Shown here piece after piece: positions 12,801 to 21,899 of a DNA stretch of 64,000 nucleotides. The DNA lies in IMG/VR virus record IMGVR_UViG_3300042868_005676, positions 3,201-67,200 of that record, one strand, 5' to 3'. The notes beneath the pieces are model-generated. The model was not told the origin of the DNA and searched no databases. It was given only the letters and a program-made list of their open reading frames with translations. The translations under genes and the position numbers were made by a program. Each line of letters starts with the position of its first letter. Position 1 is the first letter of the stretch. This DNA comes from a virus.

Positions 12801-13676
12801 TACACCTTTTAGTTCTTTAGGGATATCTAATGCGCTATTAACATAACTTTCTATCTTCTTACCTGTATACAATGGATTTATTTCTACTATACCATTATCA
12901 TTTTTAAATAGGAAACCTTCATCGTTTGCTTCTGTAACATTTTTATCATTCCAATTACCAAATTTTAATACTTGATCTGCATCTTTTTGTAATTGTAAAT
13001 CAAGTTTTTGTTCGTCTGCTTGCACTTCCATAGCAGTTCTTTCTGGTAACTTACTATTATACGCAAACTCATCAAAAGCCTTTACTCTTTCTGACTTGCT
13101 TGGTTTAGGTCCTTCTATTACTTGCTTTTGAAAATTAAATTTCTGCTGCGCAGTTTGAGTAGGAGCTGCCTTAATAAACTTATTTGCAATCTTTAAATCC
13201 TCATTAAGTAATGGATCAGAAGCAATATTTGGATTGCTAGCACGCAATCGCTCAAGTTGTAATTGAGCATTACTTATCCCTGCTGAGTCATTCTTTTGTG
13301 CAGACTTCAGTAAAGAACGAGTCAATTCCTGGTGTGCTTGAAAGTCCCTAGACTCAATATTTTTATTGTAAGCGGATGGCTGACGTATTGGTTTTACAGG
13401 CGGTTGATTTACAACTCTAGCCTCTTTCTCCATTCCCATTGTGGGGTTTGCCACCACTTTTTGAGTCTCAACGCCAACCGATGGCGAACTCGATATAGAA
13501 ACGTCTTCTTTTTTTTTTAAGAGTGACGAAGCATTTTCGACACCAAACATTTCTGACATTGTTTTGTCGGCTTCTGGGTTTGTCTCAAGAAAATTTTTAA
13601 ATTCATCTTGGTTCTCAAAATCAAAAAGAAAATTACCTTTAAGATTATCGTAGAGTTGTTCTATATTTTCTGCCAT
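3846..13676 (-). CDS. Giant internal-virion (ejected) polyvalent protein with zincin HExxH, GNAT acetyltransferase and further modules
   Basis: 3276 aa. AHEVSHA at ~10458-10472; GNAT-like LMVDEEQRSKGIATALLK...VALNYKLGM; YKLF...LAYRPGWH domain. No DxDxD RNAP motif found. Confidence 0.7.
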   Translation of the reverse strand: MAENIEQLYDNLKGNFLFDFENQDEFKNFLETNPEADKTMSEMFGVENASSLLKKKEDVSISSSPSVGVETQKVVANPTMGMEKEARVVNQPPVKPIRQPSAYNKNIESRDFQAHQELTRSLLKSAQKNDSAGISNAQLQLERLRASNPNIASDPLLNEDLKIANKFIKAAPTQTAQQKFNFQKQVIEGPKPSKSERVKAFDEFAYNSKLPERTAMEVQADEQKLDLQLQKDADQVLKFGNWNDKNVTEANDEGFLFKNDNGIVEINPLYTGKKIESYVNSALDIPKELKGVVTQRLTRLVESKLEEKFLMEGAKKKLEEKLSKEGRTLEDIQRAPVLAISAVESVVNNSKKTVSDFDKTNINYIEGELNKIKEQNNAVIDPLLKNIQNRINNKLYGSKEEYEAEYAQYVNAVSEANKKTESAKANLFEGYKQKRQQLVENVQKQREADLEKINKQYGIEMENGQLKLKDYNKIFEESMNEFQSERENEREEEQIWSKALKRYPLGAFQKMGGTLLDRIQAKSARTFSNAIEALNASIGTENNPLTGALKYLDYVEAKSKPVDISFSDALKKGNFLDIVQSVITGIIDQVPNVSVGISTAILTKNPWVAGSVGWSQDTVDQIGEAYKQKFKETGSVDEARDAAGETLKVQTAMFPLYAIQFAPFSKGFLSTAKGFTTKAIATDVAELGATELLPEITTEIIQNFKSDQLAGKLYNKETGKNMGIGEYSALNGGKISLDVLPTVLAMSGSAVISERLGEVSTAKAIDKLKSSLGQRGLSQSMADAIDVLGENSVGIIPEYLYRTGNIDVQEFVAMKKNMDELIKTYPSVRNIIGNEDKSRYYLDLMLQKKDMETAMADPKNEAVKELYQKRIDELSKTMDNIVNNKNVEDYTVFTAKDGFKYVTDNQRANAILTDKNTIESINSGDLKVESNDSKITEKVKQIEATPKVEQAKGPQTVTGTQSATNLNGATIDNKQQVEKVKQETQRNETEFNNLTNEIEVAQGVIDSRFADGNVKIVLHSPASYNQKMSEVNGKQNSKGNFSFVKNDDGTYGVEIQLNAATADAVTVAHEVSHAVMLADFGTDITKFVDMKNRLANIVSDSDNKTLNDFVQEYKNSEKAEEYLAQLSGIMRTEGTRLNPTTLSKIAQLINDIVGKLTNGRIVPFKDINDTQQVINYFNNLADSYNSNRQQNAIQEQTTSQVPVQPEATGSQEMEEGKPQTEPQVTTQKEKEVKSKARITLEDVKVTKGKYPNPSFSDMIDFNVEGGYLEIGQVKGSTRYGIITLMVDEEQRSKGIATALLKRALNETKGELSGMASNDVAVALNYKLGMRAVEDGKELSLEETKKQRADNSWESIRMILPEGKRGDNYEPFVEPQVVTEENQSEEVIAQSLDNPIRTENVEGRQIEPGYEVFNEEKTIDVQSSKTNRGPNLSSKSQIKRDFKLEDTDFVNPEEIDGKTMMGFLGDLQLAGTVTSPTGVELNGRGGPGFTKWANRNIEIDPATGLYKGTAALWASTFEDSTTKLANKMRKVDGSLIGAQQKTGVLGNVKMLNYFTDELSNAIKSGVSEKEIIDILNRPLDSSMTKVPLRDYLKLEGNFESLEEMNAYLNPFVSTEEFKNRFGKNKNVDKVSYEFRANYFGKIFNITNHEKFNLPSLATGKGYTYDKTVLDYANDSLFENAGYGDFVGYLTYDPSTIKIEKVSEDSEFYNPSYPFVITAEKVGMKFFNNFLDGRSIFYDVKPVSATANQTPFGLREKDQAARAIMGAMPITDFDAKKIAERQKEFQSKSQKVASKEIKTFEDFQKANEQFGIEDGAVAFKSKSQASAKEIASVSDNLNKSLSDNELENLKKLINGEIKAPTKTKKAYKLFKVKKEFPGELFPLFVNANESVSTGQWSEAKAGELTQTKEGKTMVKSKIGPLAYRPGWHSGELAVATHIGAKINPNDKAPALRAADQVWAEVEVADDVNWQTIANERADIGKNGKPIAKTAHITDQIPFGGSYSYKTNSNMTGSWVISGEIKVNRVLTEQEVAQINKEGNAKDLPRTKPFEYETYGFNQDGSVKNPKQVVSNQVARAYVNAKETNTNPELVNSVESALGIEPANGPQFQSKSQLNPDNIGTQYQADIAANKTKNEALSNLFKAGYTYDDIARKLGEVTFSQQDWNNMVSEDAKEVAKKISDAKIQSQENIRNFITEPNNAILPLEILREKLLGEGYSNPQILKAFEDLDIAEQGEIDELFGKDYRETIKNALNTEEYSEYFTSLTSDERSAKAVKRESDLRTEAEMSGINLLDGIVYVENVANELEAGGLLATAQMLRDKIANKEVNEDVSSAIKTLAKIQSIAGRLLYINRGLFTSPDKLSNMLSESIIKGGVALSPFQKEKVKVLIDNFNTAKQNTEKSLQTFEETFTDVDFNQYEKDKKNFENASKELIKFLDALKPKFWNDRVTSAGSRALLGFQTVFLSLYANVEQAILSDNVFFKGMQSLGDMKGIKTNTVNPQLLLNSYRFSWDKSKQEIWEMFKYGNQANSDFIEKYMDSMANINFFDDVKLSKDFVFNLLGKIGGKKITEMTDEEFADAFDQALYKTKDGKLKLVDGKTYTAARSMFWGIFGSIPEFTGRAMAFGGDKLLANATTYRAMLDYFTTQDLSKGYFGDFVSDGSQVDEKTLQKLIVLIESTLGNENFFEKEGLKRVFLADNLASQGLGSARGYLRKKIKQKAREIREGEGSQINKVMAKQAIQLADTTVWTVAPFARVPWNVVMAANQKVNPLAASYFYYNSARNYNTAKEKFDSKYGEVVQFKNKDEKMQYEKDRIQLFGLKRQMTYDQACISESAFVFALAATAYAAGALIPALLPGDDEEIALASIGFKSGSYNRTIHWEYMKALYNGKEKEFFIKRGTWIPGDNVEQFSNMGLIGYGFGSYASGARKYEKITVENRNKLTPDLIKSNLFALVTGQFLYAGVQQLPMLQGIARVGQLFSEGDEASVNQFLASTSATALSFTSPGLFSVISKANAETVQSLNQVNLRTEDLNILGDVFGEVGVRMIQKLNRNVSFIAKNQFYKAKIGPYGEDLQFRTTNAEPGTLGAYVETIFNPFASRRIGLQDSKRETQRYRFAVGISANMYQLSQAYRELTGGTIAQKPNMTIEGDLVSVLTKEIPNEFTLESNGIFLKYNLPNDMYRNELKKRGDILYNLHQDVYQKSIDNINYLQKFYKGEQNKKQAMGNIEQLFAYYKNTSDQADGSWLIDYKQSREKANLLEMKRRGVLDETQFDKLRQIYGNF

Positions 13677-15157
13677 TATTTTTTATATTCTTGTTCGAAA
13701 AGATTAGATATTTCATCTGCTGATTTACCACTTCCTATTACCGATTGAATTGCAGCATTTGCTTTATCTGTTCTTCTTTTCATTTCAGAAACGGTCTGTT
13801 TGATATTTTTAGTTTTTGTTTTGTCTTTTATAAAACCGTCATACGCAAAGTTCTCCAAAGGTAGGAAATATTGCTGACCCGGTTGTCCAAACATAACAAA
13901 AGGCATAAATCCATGTATGGTATTTTTTCCACTTGCTGTCTTCTTATTGTTTTCATTTACCATAATCAATTCACCATTAGCACTTTTACTATAAGGTAAT
14001 ACACGGATTTCAGCTACTTGATTGTCGTTTTTAACTCCCGTAGATACTTTTCTTCCTTCGGCATCAAATAAATTTTGTTGAGCAGGCACAGTAAAGTTTT
14101 CTACATTGAAACCCATATTATCCATTGAAGTATATTTAATATTAGGATTTGTAGCAGACGGAGCAATTACAGTCTTCTGTTTAGTAGACTCAAAAATATC
14201 TCTTTCGGTATCGCCTCCCATAGAAATATTAAATGTACTTGGGGCTCTTTCGATTTTACTACTTACAGTAGGATTTTTAAATTCAACAAGATAAGTCATC
14301 ATTGCATCTTTAATCTTCTTACCGCTTTCCTGATTCAACATTCCAGTAGCAGGATCTACAGTCATTGAAATATTGTTGCGCTCTGCAAACTGAAAAGTTC
14401 CTTCTGGATTATTTTTCATATAAGCCATGGTTAAATCTTCTAAAGATGCAGGTCTGCCTTCTGGATACAAACTAGGATTTTTTCCAAATGCTCTTTCAGA
14501 TGCTGCTATATCCCAAGGTCTTTGTTTTGCTGTAGTTGTTTTTACATTACCTAAAGCAGTAGGACTATTGAATTCCGCAGAAATCAATGTTGTTAATTTT
14601 TGTGCCTCAGACTCTAAGTCCTTCTCGACATCAATTTTCTTATTCCCAGTAAAGTCAAAAGTTCCGTCTCCGTGAAATTTAACATACGGATCGTCAGTTA
14701 AACCCAACTTACCTCTTCTCTGTTCTACTTCATCTAAATCTTTAGAAGAGTTCCATATTTCAAGACCTTTACGTAAATTATTAGTAAAGAATACGTTGTT
14801 CTTGTCTATCGATTGTGTCTGATTGTCTATAGCATTTGCAGTCAAATTCTTAGACTCTAAATCAATCATTTTTCTTTTAAAATCAGAAGCAATACCAGGG
14901 ATTTCATTTTGCCACGATGGCTGACTTCTATCTAAGCTAGACAATTTAGACTGAGCCTCATCGTATGCTTTTATCACCATAGGTGCAACTAAACGATTAT
15001 ATTTACCCGTAGGTAAAGTTATGTCTTTAGAAGCCTTTGCTGTTGCAGACGCTGCTGCTCTGTCCGCAGCAAGTCCTCTTTGATATTGTAATTTTCCTAC
15101 TTGTTCAGCGATTCCGCTTCGTCCTTGTAACGATATTGCTTCTCCTATTGATGGCAT
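13676..15157 (-). CDS. Internal virion/ejection protein
   Basis: 493 aa, helical, lies between two other cargo-type genes. Confidence 0.5.
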   Translation of the reverse strand: MPSIGEAISLQGRSGIAEQVGKLQYQRGLAADRAAASATAKASKDITLPTGKYNRLVAPMVIKAYDEAQSKLSSLDRSQPSWQNEIPGIASDFKRKMIDLESKNLTANAIDNQTQSIDKNNVFFTNNLRKGLEIWNSSKDLDEVEQRRGKLGLTDDPYVKFHGDGTFDFTGNKKIDVEKDLESEAQKLTTLISAEFNSPTALGNVKTTTAKQRPWDIAASERAFGKNPSLYPEGRPASLEDLTMAYMKNNPEGTFQFAERNNISMTVDPATGMLNQESGKKIKDAMMTYLVEFKNPTVSSKIERAPSTFNISMGGDTERDIFESTKQKTVIAPSATNPNIKYTSMDNMGFNVENFTVPAQQNLFDAEGRKVSTGVKNDNQVAEIRVLPYSKSANGELIMVNENNKKTASGKNTIHGFMPFVMFGQPGQQYFLPLENFAYDGFIKDKTKTKNIKQTVSEMKRRTDKANAAIQSVIGSGKSADEISNLFEQEYKK

Positions 15158-15159
15158 AA

Positions 15160-16809
15160 TTATTTTCGTATATATTGAATTCCTTGATCAGTCATAACTG
15201 CTTGGTATTGTCCCATAAAACCTGGTGTTCTTGATCCTAAGAACGTATTGGCTCTATTGTAAGGAACAGTATTCATTGGTGTCATACCTCCTTGTGGATC
15301 GTAGCCTTGTGGCGCACTCATAAAACTCTGAGGCCCAACTGGTGAGAACATCGATTGTGGTGACGCAAACATATTAGGATATTGTCCATAAGGCATATTT
15401 AATGTTGGCTGTTGAGGAGCAAACATATTAGCTTGAACAGGTCCTTGTCCAGAAGGTCGGCTATTGAAAAATTGATAGCCAGGAGTTCCCATCATAGATG
15501 ATTCTTGCATAAGCATATTTCTGTAGTCTTCAGTAGATGAAGGCGGAGTTTGTACTTGTTGCTGATTAGGCTGCATAAAACCTCTTGATATTGCGCTTTT
15601 ACCGGCATTTTCTAAAACAGAAAATACACTAGTATAATTTTCTTGTTGTGGTTGTTGATATTCTTGAGGATTCATCTTTGCTATATCTGTTCCTTGTGCT
15701 ACCATATTAGATGGAGCAGCAAGATTTTGATATGGGTTCGGAGGCAATGCTGTTGCTGGTAAACCAAGACCTGCTTTTGCAGTATATTCACTTCCCATCA
15801 AATCACCGAGGTAATTTTGAGTTGGGGGGACTTGAGCAACTTGCTCTGGTGGATTAAACTGATTCATATCAACTTCTCCCATCACTTTAGCCACATCGGC
15901 ACTATCTGGACCCACTGCTCCTGGAGCAACTCTATTTTCTCTTGATACGGTAGGTATTGTAATTTTATCTGCTAAATTGGCAGGTGCTGTTATTTGTCCT
16001 ACGTCTGTAGTTGTCAATGGTTTTCTATAAGCATTTTGTGTAGCATTATCCAAAGTTGACATTGCTTCTGGAGACAAGGCAGTATTACCAAAAGAATAAG
16101 GACTAGTTGGAGTACTAATATTAGTACCAGGCGCAAAAGAAGCATTGTCAGTAGTAATTGTACCCAACGGTGCTCCGCCTAAATCAGCAGCCTTAGCAGC
16201 ACTTGTAGCAGCAGCTGCTCCTCCATTACCTCTAAACAGAGAAATATTTTTTCCTAAATTGCCCATAGCCCATCCTCCGATAGCACCTAAGACATCCATT
16301 TTACCTTGTTGGGAAGCCAAGCCATAACCTTTCTGTTGTGCTTGCAAATCAGAAATATCTTGAGATACATCTGCTCTTTGTAAACCACTCAGTTGCTGAT
16401 TAGCTCCCATTATAGTATTTAATCCTCGTTGAGATGCTTGTTCATTCATTCCTGCCATTCTTAATCCGAAATCGGCAGTTGATGCTCCAGCAACTCTTCC
16501 TATATTTTGTCTCATCTGAGCCCCAACTGGAGAAGATAAAAGACCTCTTTGCTGTGAAGCAAATTGATTTTCAGCTAAGGCCTTGCTGCCAGGTGTTAAA
16601 CCGAACTTGTAGCCTAATTGCCCGTATTGCTTATTTTCTTGTATAGGAGCAGCAGCATCCATAAAACGAGCTTGTCTTCTCTTTTCTAGGTCTGCAAGTG
16701 CAGAATCTGCTTTCAATCCTCTATATAATCCATAAGCACCTTGTGCTATAGCAGCAATCGCCAATGGAGCAATAGCGAACTGTTCTTTGAAATCTAATAA
16801 ATAGGTCAT
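15160..16809 (-). CDS. Internal virion/ejection protein with hydrophobic N-terminus and low-complexity P/Q/M/G tail
   Basis: AIAPLAIAAIAQGAYGLY segment, A/G/Q-rich, follows the tail stabilisation gene. Confidence 0.55.
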   Translation of the reverse strand: MTYLLDFKEQFAIAPLAIAAIAQGAYGLYRGLKADSALADLEKRRQARFMDAAAPIQENKQYGQLGYKFGLTPGSKALAENQFASQQRGLLSSPVGAQMRQNIGRVAGASTADFGLRMAGMNEQASQRGLNTIMGANQQLSGLQRADVSQDISDLQAQQKGYGLASQQGKMDVLGAIGGWAMGNLGKNISLFRGNGGAAAATSAAKAADLGGAPLGTITTDNASFAPGTNISTPTSPYSFGNTALSPEAMSTLDNATQNAYRKPLTTTDVGQITAPANLADKITIPTVSRENRVAPGAVGPDSADVAKVMGEVDMNQFNPPEQVAQVPPTQNYLGDLMGSEYTAKAGLGLPATALPPNPYQNLAAPSNMVAQGTDIAKMNPQEYQQPQQENYTSVFSVLENAGKSAISRGFMQPNQQQVQTPPSSTEDYRNMLMQESSMMGTPGYQFFNSRPSGQGPVQANMFAPQQPTLNMPYGQYPNMFASPQSMFSPVGPQSFMSAPQGYDPQGGMTPMNTVPYNRANTFLGSRTPGFMGQYQAVMTDQGIQYIRK

Positions 16810-16830
16810 CTTTACAAAGGTAAATGATTT

Positions 16831-19800
16831 TTATGTATTATACAATCTAGCCATCGGTCTAAATTTAACTATAAAATTAAATAGTTTTTGATAATTATTA
16901 GATTGAAAATTAATTTTTGCTTTTAAATATGGCCCCCAAAGTCTAGATGTGTTTCCTGTAGATACGCCAGTACCAGTAGAATCGTTCTTTACTTGCCCAT
17001 AAAAGAAATTTTCTCTGCCTACAAAATCACTAGTTGTGGACGTATGATTCTTGGTATAAAAATTAACAGAAGATGGTGCAATATGAGAATTAACTTGTAA
17101 TGCATCATAATTCTTAGAAACGTTAGGTTCATAATTCATAACTGCTGTTATATGACCATCATAAGAAACACCATAAAAACTTCCGTAGTTTCCTACATCA
17201 TGCAAATACAATTTGTTTTTCTGAAGAGGATTTACGCTATAAAATGTATTTTTATTTTGTACGTAAACACTAGGCCAAAAAGAAGCATATGTAATAAAAC
17301 CATTACTGAGTTCATCATAAACAATTGTATAAATTGTATAATATTCTGGATTGGATGTAGGAGTTAACTGATTCCAATATGTTGTCCAAGAAGAACCAAC
17401 TCCTGGCTCTTGGTCATCACTGCTAACAGTAAAATTACTTTTCGCTTGATAAATATAACTAAGCCCAGAAGTTAATAATGGACCAGTTGTATTTATAACC
17501 AAAGAGCCTGTTGTATATGTACCTCCGTTGGGATAATCAATAATATTAGGATCAATAGCTTTAAAAGTAAAAATTGCTTCTGAGTATTTGTCATTCCACA
17601 CACCATTAATTCCATAATTGCTTATCGGCTGCTCGTAACTACCCAAGAAATTAAAGTTGTTTTGCAAAACAGAAGATATTTTTCCTTCCGAAATAACTTT
17701 GATTCCGTCTTGTCCAAATCTCATAAACTTTTTAAGTTTATCGTTGTACCAATAAACAGAATCTTTTCCTCCCGGTGTTTTACCTTTTACAATAGACCAT
17801 TTTTTATTTGTTCCTATAGAAGATATTTCTGCTCCTCTAGGGCCAGCAAAAGAACCCGTACCTAAAACAATATCTGCTCCACTTTGAGGATTAACTAAAG
17901 TACCTTCGTTAAAATATTGTCTTTGGAAACTTTTTTCTTGCCATGTATAAATAGCATTGTTTATAACTTCGTGATTTGCAATCTCTCCGTAGGTCATATC
18001 CAAGTCCAATATATCATTAGGCATAAATAGTCTATGGCCATCTACACTACTTCCGATAACTTTTATCTGAGACCAAGCCAAAGAAGATGATTTTCTTCCG
18101 TCATAGTCATTATTCGAATCAAAACCTGCTTCTGATATAACATCATTTTTGATATTGTATCCTTTATTGTAGCGATCTTGATTACTATTGAAAATAGAAT
18201 CGTTAAGATAACTTATTAGTCCGCTACCCCAAGTGTCTAAACCAGCAGCACTAAAAGTTCCGAGTACATTTTTCTTATATAAATACTGAGGAAATTTATA
18301 ACCAGGTCCTCCGTCTGCTAAAGTATGTTCTAGTACGGTAGCAAGTTGAGTATTGACTACGTTCTGAGAATAAAAACCAACCCCGTAACCAGGACCCCCT
18401 TCTGATTTATCGGGGATAAATAATTTAAGATGTGTTTTCTGTGTGAAAACATCTCCTCCGAAAACAGACTCATCAATAAAGTCAGCATCAAAAATACTTA
18501 TCTTTCTCAAATGACCAGTACCATAATAAAGACTTTGTTCTTTGTTTGTTGGATACTTTAAGTTAGCTCCCTTGTCTCTAAATACTTGACCCATAGCTAA
18601 TCCATTATCAAATTTCTTTCTGAAATTATTTGTACCAGTAGGACTAGCAATCTTAAAGGCGTGCGAAAAAGTAGATGTTCTTTGAGTATCGGTTGTTGTA
18701 CCCCCTACCTTTCTTAGTTTTTTATTTACAGGAATAGTTCCGTCAATAAGTATAGGAGTGTCTCCAATTAGCGTTATGCCATTACTAACGGCAATATCAA
18801 AATAATCTCTATCATTGACAAAACCAGTATAGTCTTGATACTGATGCGAAAAAGGAGAAGCTAAATTATGTTTAGCGTCTATCCTATCTATTCCTTTGTC
18901 TCCAGAAAGCATCAATGGAGTACCTAACATCTTTAATTTGTCACCGCTTTGATACTCATAGTTTGTTTGACCATAATAGTAATCAGGGGAAATAAAATAA
19001 GTTACATAATCTCCATCTGTTGTTGTGGCACTTGGGTATCCGCTTGAAAAAATTTCAGAATAACTGCCAATAGGTAAAAAAGGCTGTACATCATCCAATA
19101 CAAAACCAGGACTAAAGTTAGGTTCAGATAATACAAATAAACCAGCAGCAATTACTTCTGGTATTCTCTCTGATCTCACAAATCTAATTGCAGATACAGA
19201 CTCTTTTAATTTTCTTCCGTCAGATAAAGTATAAGATAAATTTATATCTTCAAAATTAATGTAATAAACAGTAGTTTCGGTTGTCCAATCTGGGTCCGTA
19301 GTTAAAGCATTCTCACCCTTTGTCAAATTTGTTAAAACGGTATTGCTAGTTCTTCTGTTTGTAGTATCATTTTTTATGTTATAAGACAGATTATCTATTC
19401 TGATATCATCTACCCAATATGGTTGACTCCATTTTCCACTGTCGTTCCATTTTACTTGTATACCAAAACGATAAGTATCGTTAAACATATAACCACTAAA
19501 ATAAAACACGTTAGAAGGATCTTGATATTCTCCAAATTTATATGCAGGATTAGCATTTAATGTTGATAATCCCATAAGCCCAACAGAATCTAAAAATGTC
19601 TGCTGAACAGAATGATTAATTGTTTTTGCCCAATCACTCAAATCCTCGTCTATTTTTTCTGTCAAATTAGAAATGAGTAATCTGTTAGAGAACAATTTTA
19701 AATTTTGAACTTTTGTATACTTAGAATAAAGAGTAACGATTTCTTCAAAGGATATTAATTCATTTAACTCACCGAATCCGTTATGTTCTAGTTCTAAAAC

Positions 19801-21402
19801 AGTATCGTTTTCACCTAGAGAATATCTTCTTAGTTTCTTAGCGACTACTCCTTCTCCGTTATATTCTATTACAACAAAATCAAAATACTTATAAACGCCT
19901 TTAGGTATATCGGTAAGCGACAAAAGAACTGACTTTTGAGCAATTTCATTTATATCACCGCCAGAAATTTCTATATGGTTTGATGATTTCTTAGGATAAA
20001 TAACAATTGGTCCGGTAGGATATAGATACTCACTAGGACTTAGTCCTTCCGTCAAGAAAAACCCAGTATATCTTTTAGTCCCACACAATAAATTACCAGC
20101 CCCGTCTTTTATCTGCTCAAAAGACATATAAGAACTAGGAATACTTTGAAACAAGTTTGTTTCCTCTAAAACACTATCTAAATTATAAAATCCTCCGTTT
20201 ATACTTAACGCCCCATCTTGGATATACGGACGTTTTAAATAAATAGCTCTAGGAGTTGTATTGTTGTCTGTAACATATAAATTAACTCCGCTTTTAGTTT
20301 TTTCTCCTTCTCCTTGTATTTGAAAGTTTTCATTAAAACCTAAGTCTTTACTTCTCAGCAATCTGATATATGTATGAGTATTAGAAAGTTCATCGTACTT
20401 TAAATATCCAACTTCTCCATATCTAACAAGACCTTCTCCGCTCAAGGCAGAAGCATACCCATATGGTATTAATTTAGTAGTCGAAAATAAAAAAGTTTCG
20501 TTTTCTACTTCTACACTGCCTATAATATTAAGAGGTTCGTTTATTGCCGTCAAACCAGCCACAGCCTCTTGAATCAATTCCCTTTGGAATATTTCAGGGT
20601 AATTTTCTACAGGACTAGTTTTTAAAATCCAAGACTCATCTAAATTACTACTAATATCAAAATAACCCTCAAGATCTTCGATTCTACCTAAAGTGTGTGT
20701 TCCACTTAAAGTTCCAGTTATATCAACAATGCTTGTGAGAGCCCTATCGGTATATAATTCTACAGATATACCAGTAATATATTTAACGTAATAAATTTGA
20801 TTTTTAGTAAGCCCACCTATTGCTGTACCTGACGTTTTATAAATTACTCTGTCTCCGTTTACATATGTAGGCTCTCCTATAAAACTTAAACCAAAATCTA
20901 ACCTATTTAAAGTTGTATTTATAGAAGTTAAAGTTCTTACGTTGTCGGCAGAATTTAAGTGTTCTCTGTATTTAGTTATAAATATACTACTAGAGGTAAC
21001 ATTGCTTATAGATGCTGGACTTACTGCGCTATTTAACGCACTAAACAATGTTGTATATAAACCTATAAGTTTTACATTTCTATCTGTAGAAACAGTATTT
21101 GTTATATTAACACCGCTTAAGTCTGTAAAGTTATATAATGTCTTTGCTGTTTCAGAACCGCTGGTACCAGTATATAAACCACTAACAGACAAATAAATTC
21201 TGTATAGTTTATTTTGATCTACCACATTAGGCAAAGTCAAACTCAAAGCGTTACCTTTAATAAAATTAACAGATGCATCTGTGTTATTAGATTCAATATC
21301 TCTGTGTCTAATGTTTAAGGCATCTACATAATTTCCTTGACCTATATATTGTATGTCGGTATCATGGTCTAGTACACCATTTGGAGTTACTCTTACTTGC
21401 AT
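16831..21402 (-). CDS. Tail stabilisation/muzzle (nozzle)-type protein
   Basis: 1523 aa, beta-propeller-like. GVLDHD...GNYVDALNIR start; GYMFNDTYRFGI, GGDVFTQK and LDLDMTYGEI segments resemble crAss-like muzzle proteins; synteny. Confidence 0.65.
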   Translation of the reverse strand: MQVRVTPNGVLDHDTDIQYIGQGNYVDALNIRHRDIESNNTDASVNFIKGNALSLTLPNVVDQNKLYRIYLSVSGLYTGTSGSETAKTLYNFTDLSGVNITNTVSTDRNVKLIGLYTTLFSALNSAVSPASISNVTSSSIFITKYREHLNSADNVRTLTSINTTLNRLDFGLSFIGEPTYVNGDRVIYKTSGTAIGGLTKNQIYYVKYITGISVELYTDRALTSIVDITGTLSGTHTLGRIEDLEGYFDISSNLDESWILKTSPVENYPEIFQRELIQEAVAGLTAINEPLNIIGSVEVENETFLFSTTKLIPYGYASALSGEGLVRYGEVGYLKYDELSNTHTYIRLLRSKDLGFNENFQIQGEGEKTKSGVNLYVTDNNTTPRAIYLKRPYIQDGALSINGGFYNLDSVLEETNLFQSIPSSYMSFEQIKDGAGNLLCGTKRYTGFFLTEGLSPSEYLYPTGPIVIYPKKSSNHIEISGGDINEIAQKSVLLSLTDIPKGVYKYFDFVVIEYNGEGVVAKKLRRYSLGENDTVLELEHNGFGELNELISFEEIVTLYSKYTKVQNLKLFSNRLLISNLTEKIDEDLSDWAKTINHSVQQTFLDSVGLMGLSTLNANPAYKFGEYQDPSNVFYFSGYMFNDTYRFGIQVKWNDSGKWSQPYWVDDIRIDNLSYNIKNDTTNRRTSNTVLTNLTKGENALTTDPDWTTETTVYYINFEDINLSYTLSDGRKLKESVSAIRFVRSERIPEVIAAGLFVLSEPNFSPGFVLDDVQPFLPIGSYSEIFSSGYPSATTTDGDYVTYFISPDYYYGQTNYEYQSGDKLKMLGTPLMLSGDKGIDRIDAKHNLASPFSHQYQDYTGFVNDRDYFDIAVSNGITLIGDTPILIDGTIPVNKKLRKVGGTTTDTQRTSTFSHAFKIASPTGTNNFRKKFDNGLAMGQVFRDKGANLKYPTNKEQSLYYGTGHLRKISIFDADFIDESVFGGDVFTQKTHLKLFIPDKSEGGPGYGVGFYSQNVVNTQLATVLEHTLADGGPGYKFPQYLYKKNVLGTFSAAGLDTWGSGLISYLNDSIFNSNQDRYNKGYNIKNDVISEAGFDSNNDYDGRKSSSLAWSQIKVIGSSVDGHRLFMPNDILDLDMTYGEIANHEVINNAIYTWQEKSFQRQYFNEGTLVNPQSGADIVLGTGSFAGPRGAEISSIGTNKKWSIVKGKTPGGKDSVYWYNDKLKKFMRFGQDGIKVISEGKISSVLQNNFNFLGSYEQPISNYGINGVWNDKYSEAIFTFKAIDPNIIDYPNGGTYTTGSLVINTTGPLLTSGLSYIYQAKSNFTVSSDDQEPGVGSSWTTYWNQLTPTSNPEYYTIYTIVYDELSNGFITYASFWPSVYVQNKNTFYSVNPLQKNKLYLHDVGNYGSFYGVSYDGHITAVMNYEPNVSKNYDALQVNSHIAPSSVNFYTKNHTSTTSDFVGRENFFYGQVKNDSTGTGVSTGNTSRLWGPYLKAKINFQSNNYQKLFNFIVKFRPMARLYNT

Positions 21403-21899
21403 TATATATTAGATAATTTTTGTGTTTGGTATTCTCTCTGAAAGTTTTGCATTACACTGAGACCGAAATCTTTCGCATATCTGCGAGAATATTTCCATCC
21501 GATATAAGCAACAAGCATTCGCTCCCAATCATCGGGAAGAATCAATTTGTTCTTTTTATCTACTGTTAATGTTTTATAATAGTACGTAACTTTTGTTCCG
21601 TCTTGTAATCCCAAAGAAGAATCAAAAATCACAACATTGTTTTGAAGACAATAATCTATATCTGGACAATACTTATGTCCTGTCTTATATAAATAAATAC
21701 CATCTAGTCTTGCCCATCCAGCAGGCATCTCAAACTTATTATCTTCAATGGTAGCATATGTATGCTTATCCATGAATTTCTTACTTGTTTTCTGAGACCG
21801 AACTGCTTGGTGAATAAGAACTTCAAACCATAAAGCATTTGATTCATAAGAACAATTTAATTCTTCGCAAGCAGCCGAAATTACATCATCAATCTTCAT
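21402..21899 (-). CDS. Tail ring/adaptor protein
   Basis: Synteny between capsid and muzzle genes; LILPDD...LVAYIGWK. Confidence 0.5.
   Translation of the reverse strand: MKIDDVISAACEELNCSYESNALWFEVLIHQAVRSQKTSKKFMDKHTYATIEDNKFEMPAGWARLDGIYLYKTGHKYCPDIDYCLQNNVVIFDSSLGLQDGTKVTYYYKTLTVDKKNKLILPDDWERMLVAYIGWKYSRRYAKDFGLSVMQNFQREYQTQKLSNI

Noticed and set aside
3846-13676. Calling the giant protein a virion RNA polymerase
   Set aside because: No DxDxD catalytic motif was found; only zincin, GNAT and unknown modules are recognisable.
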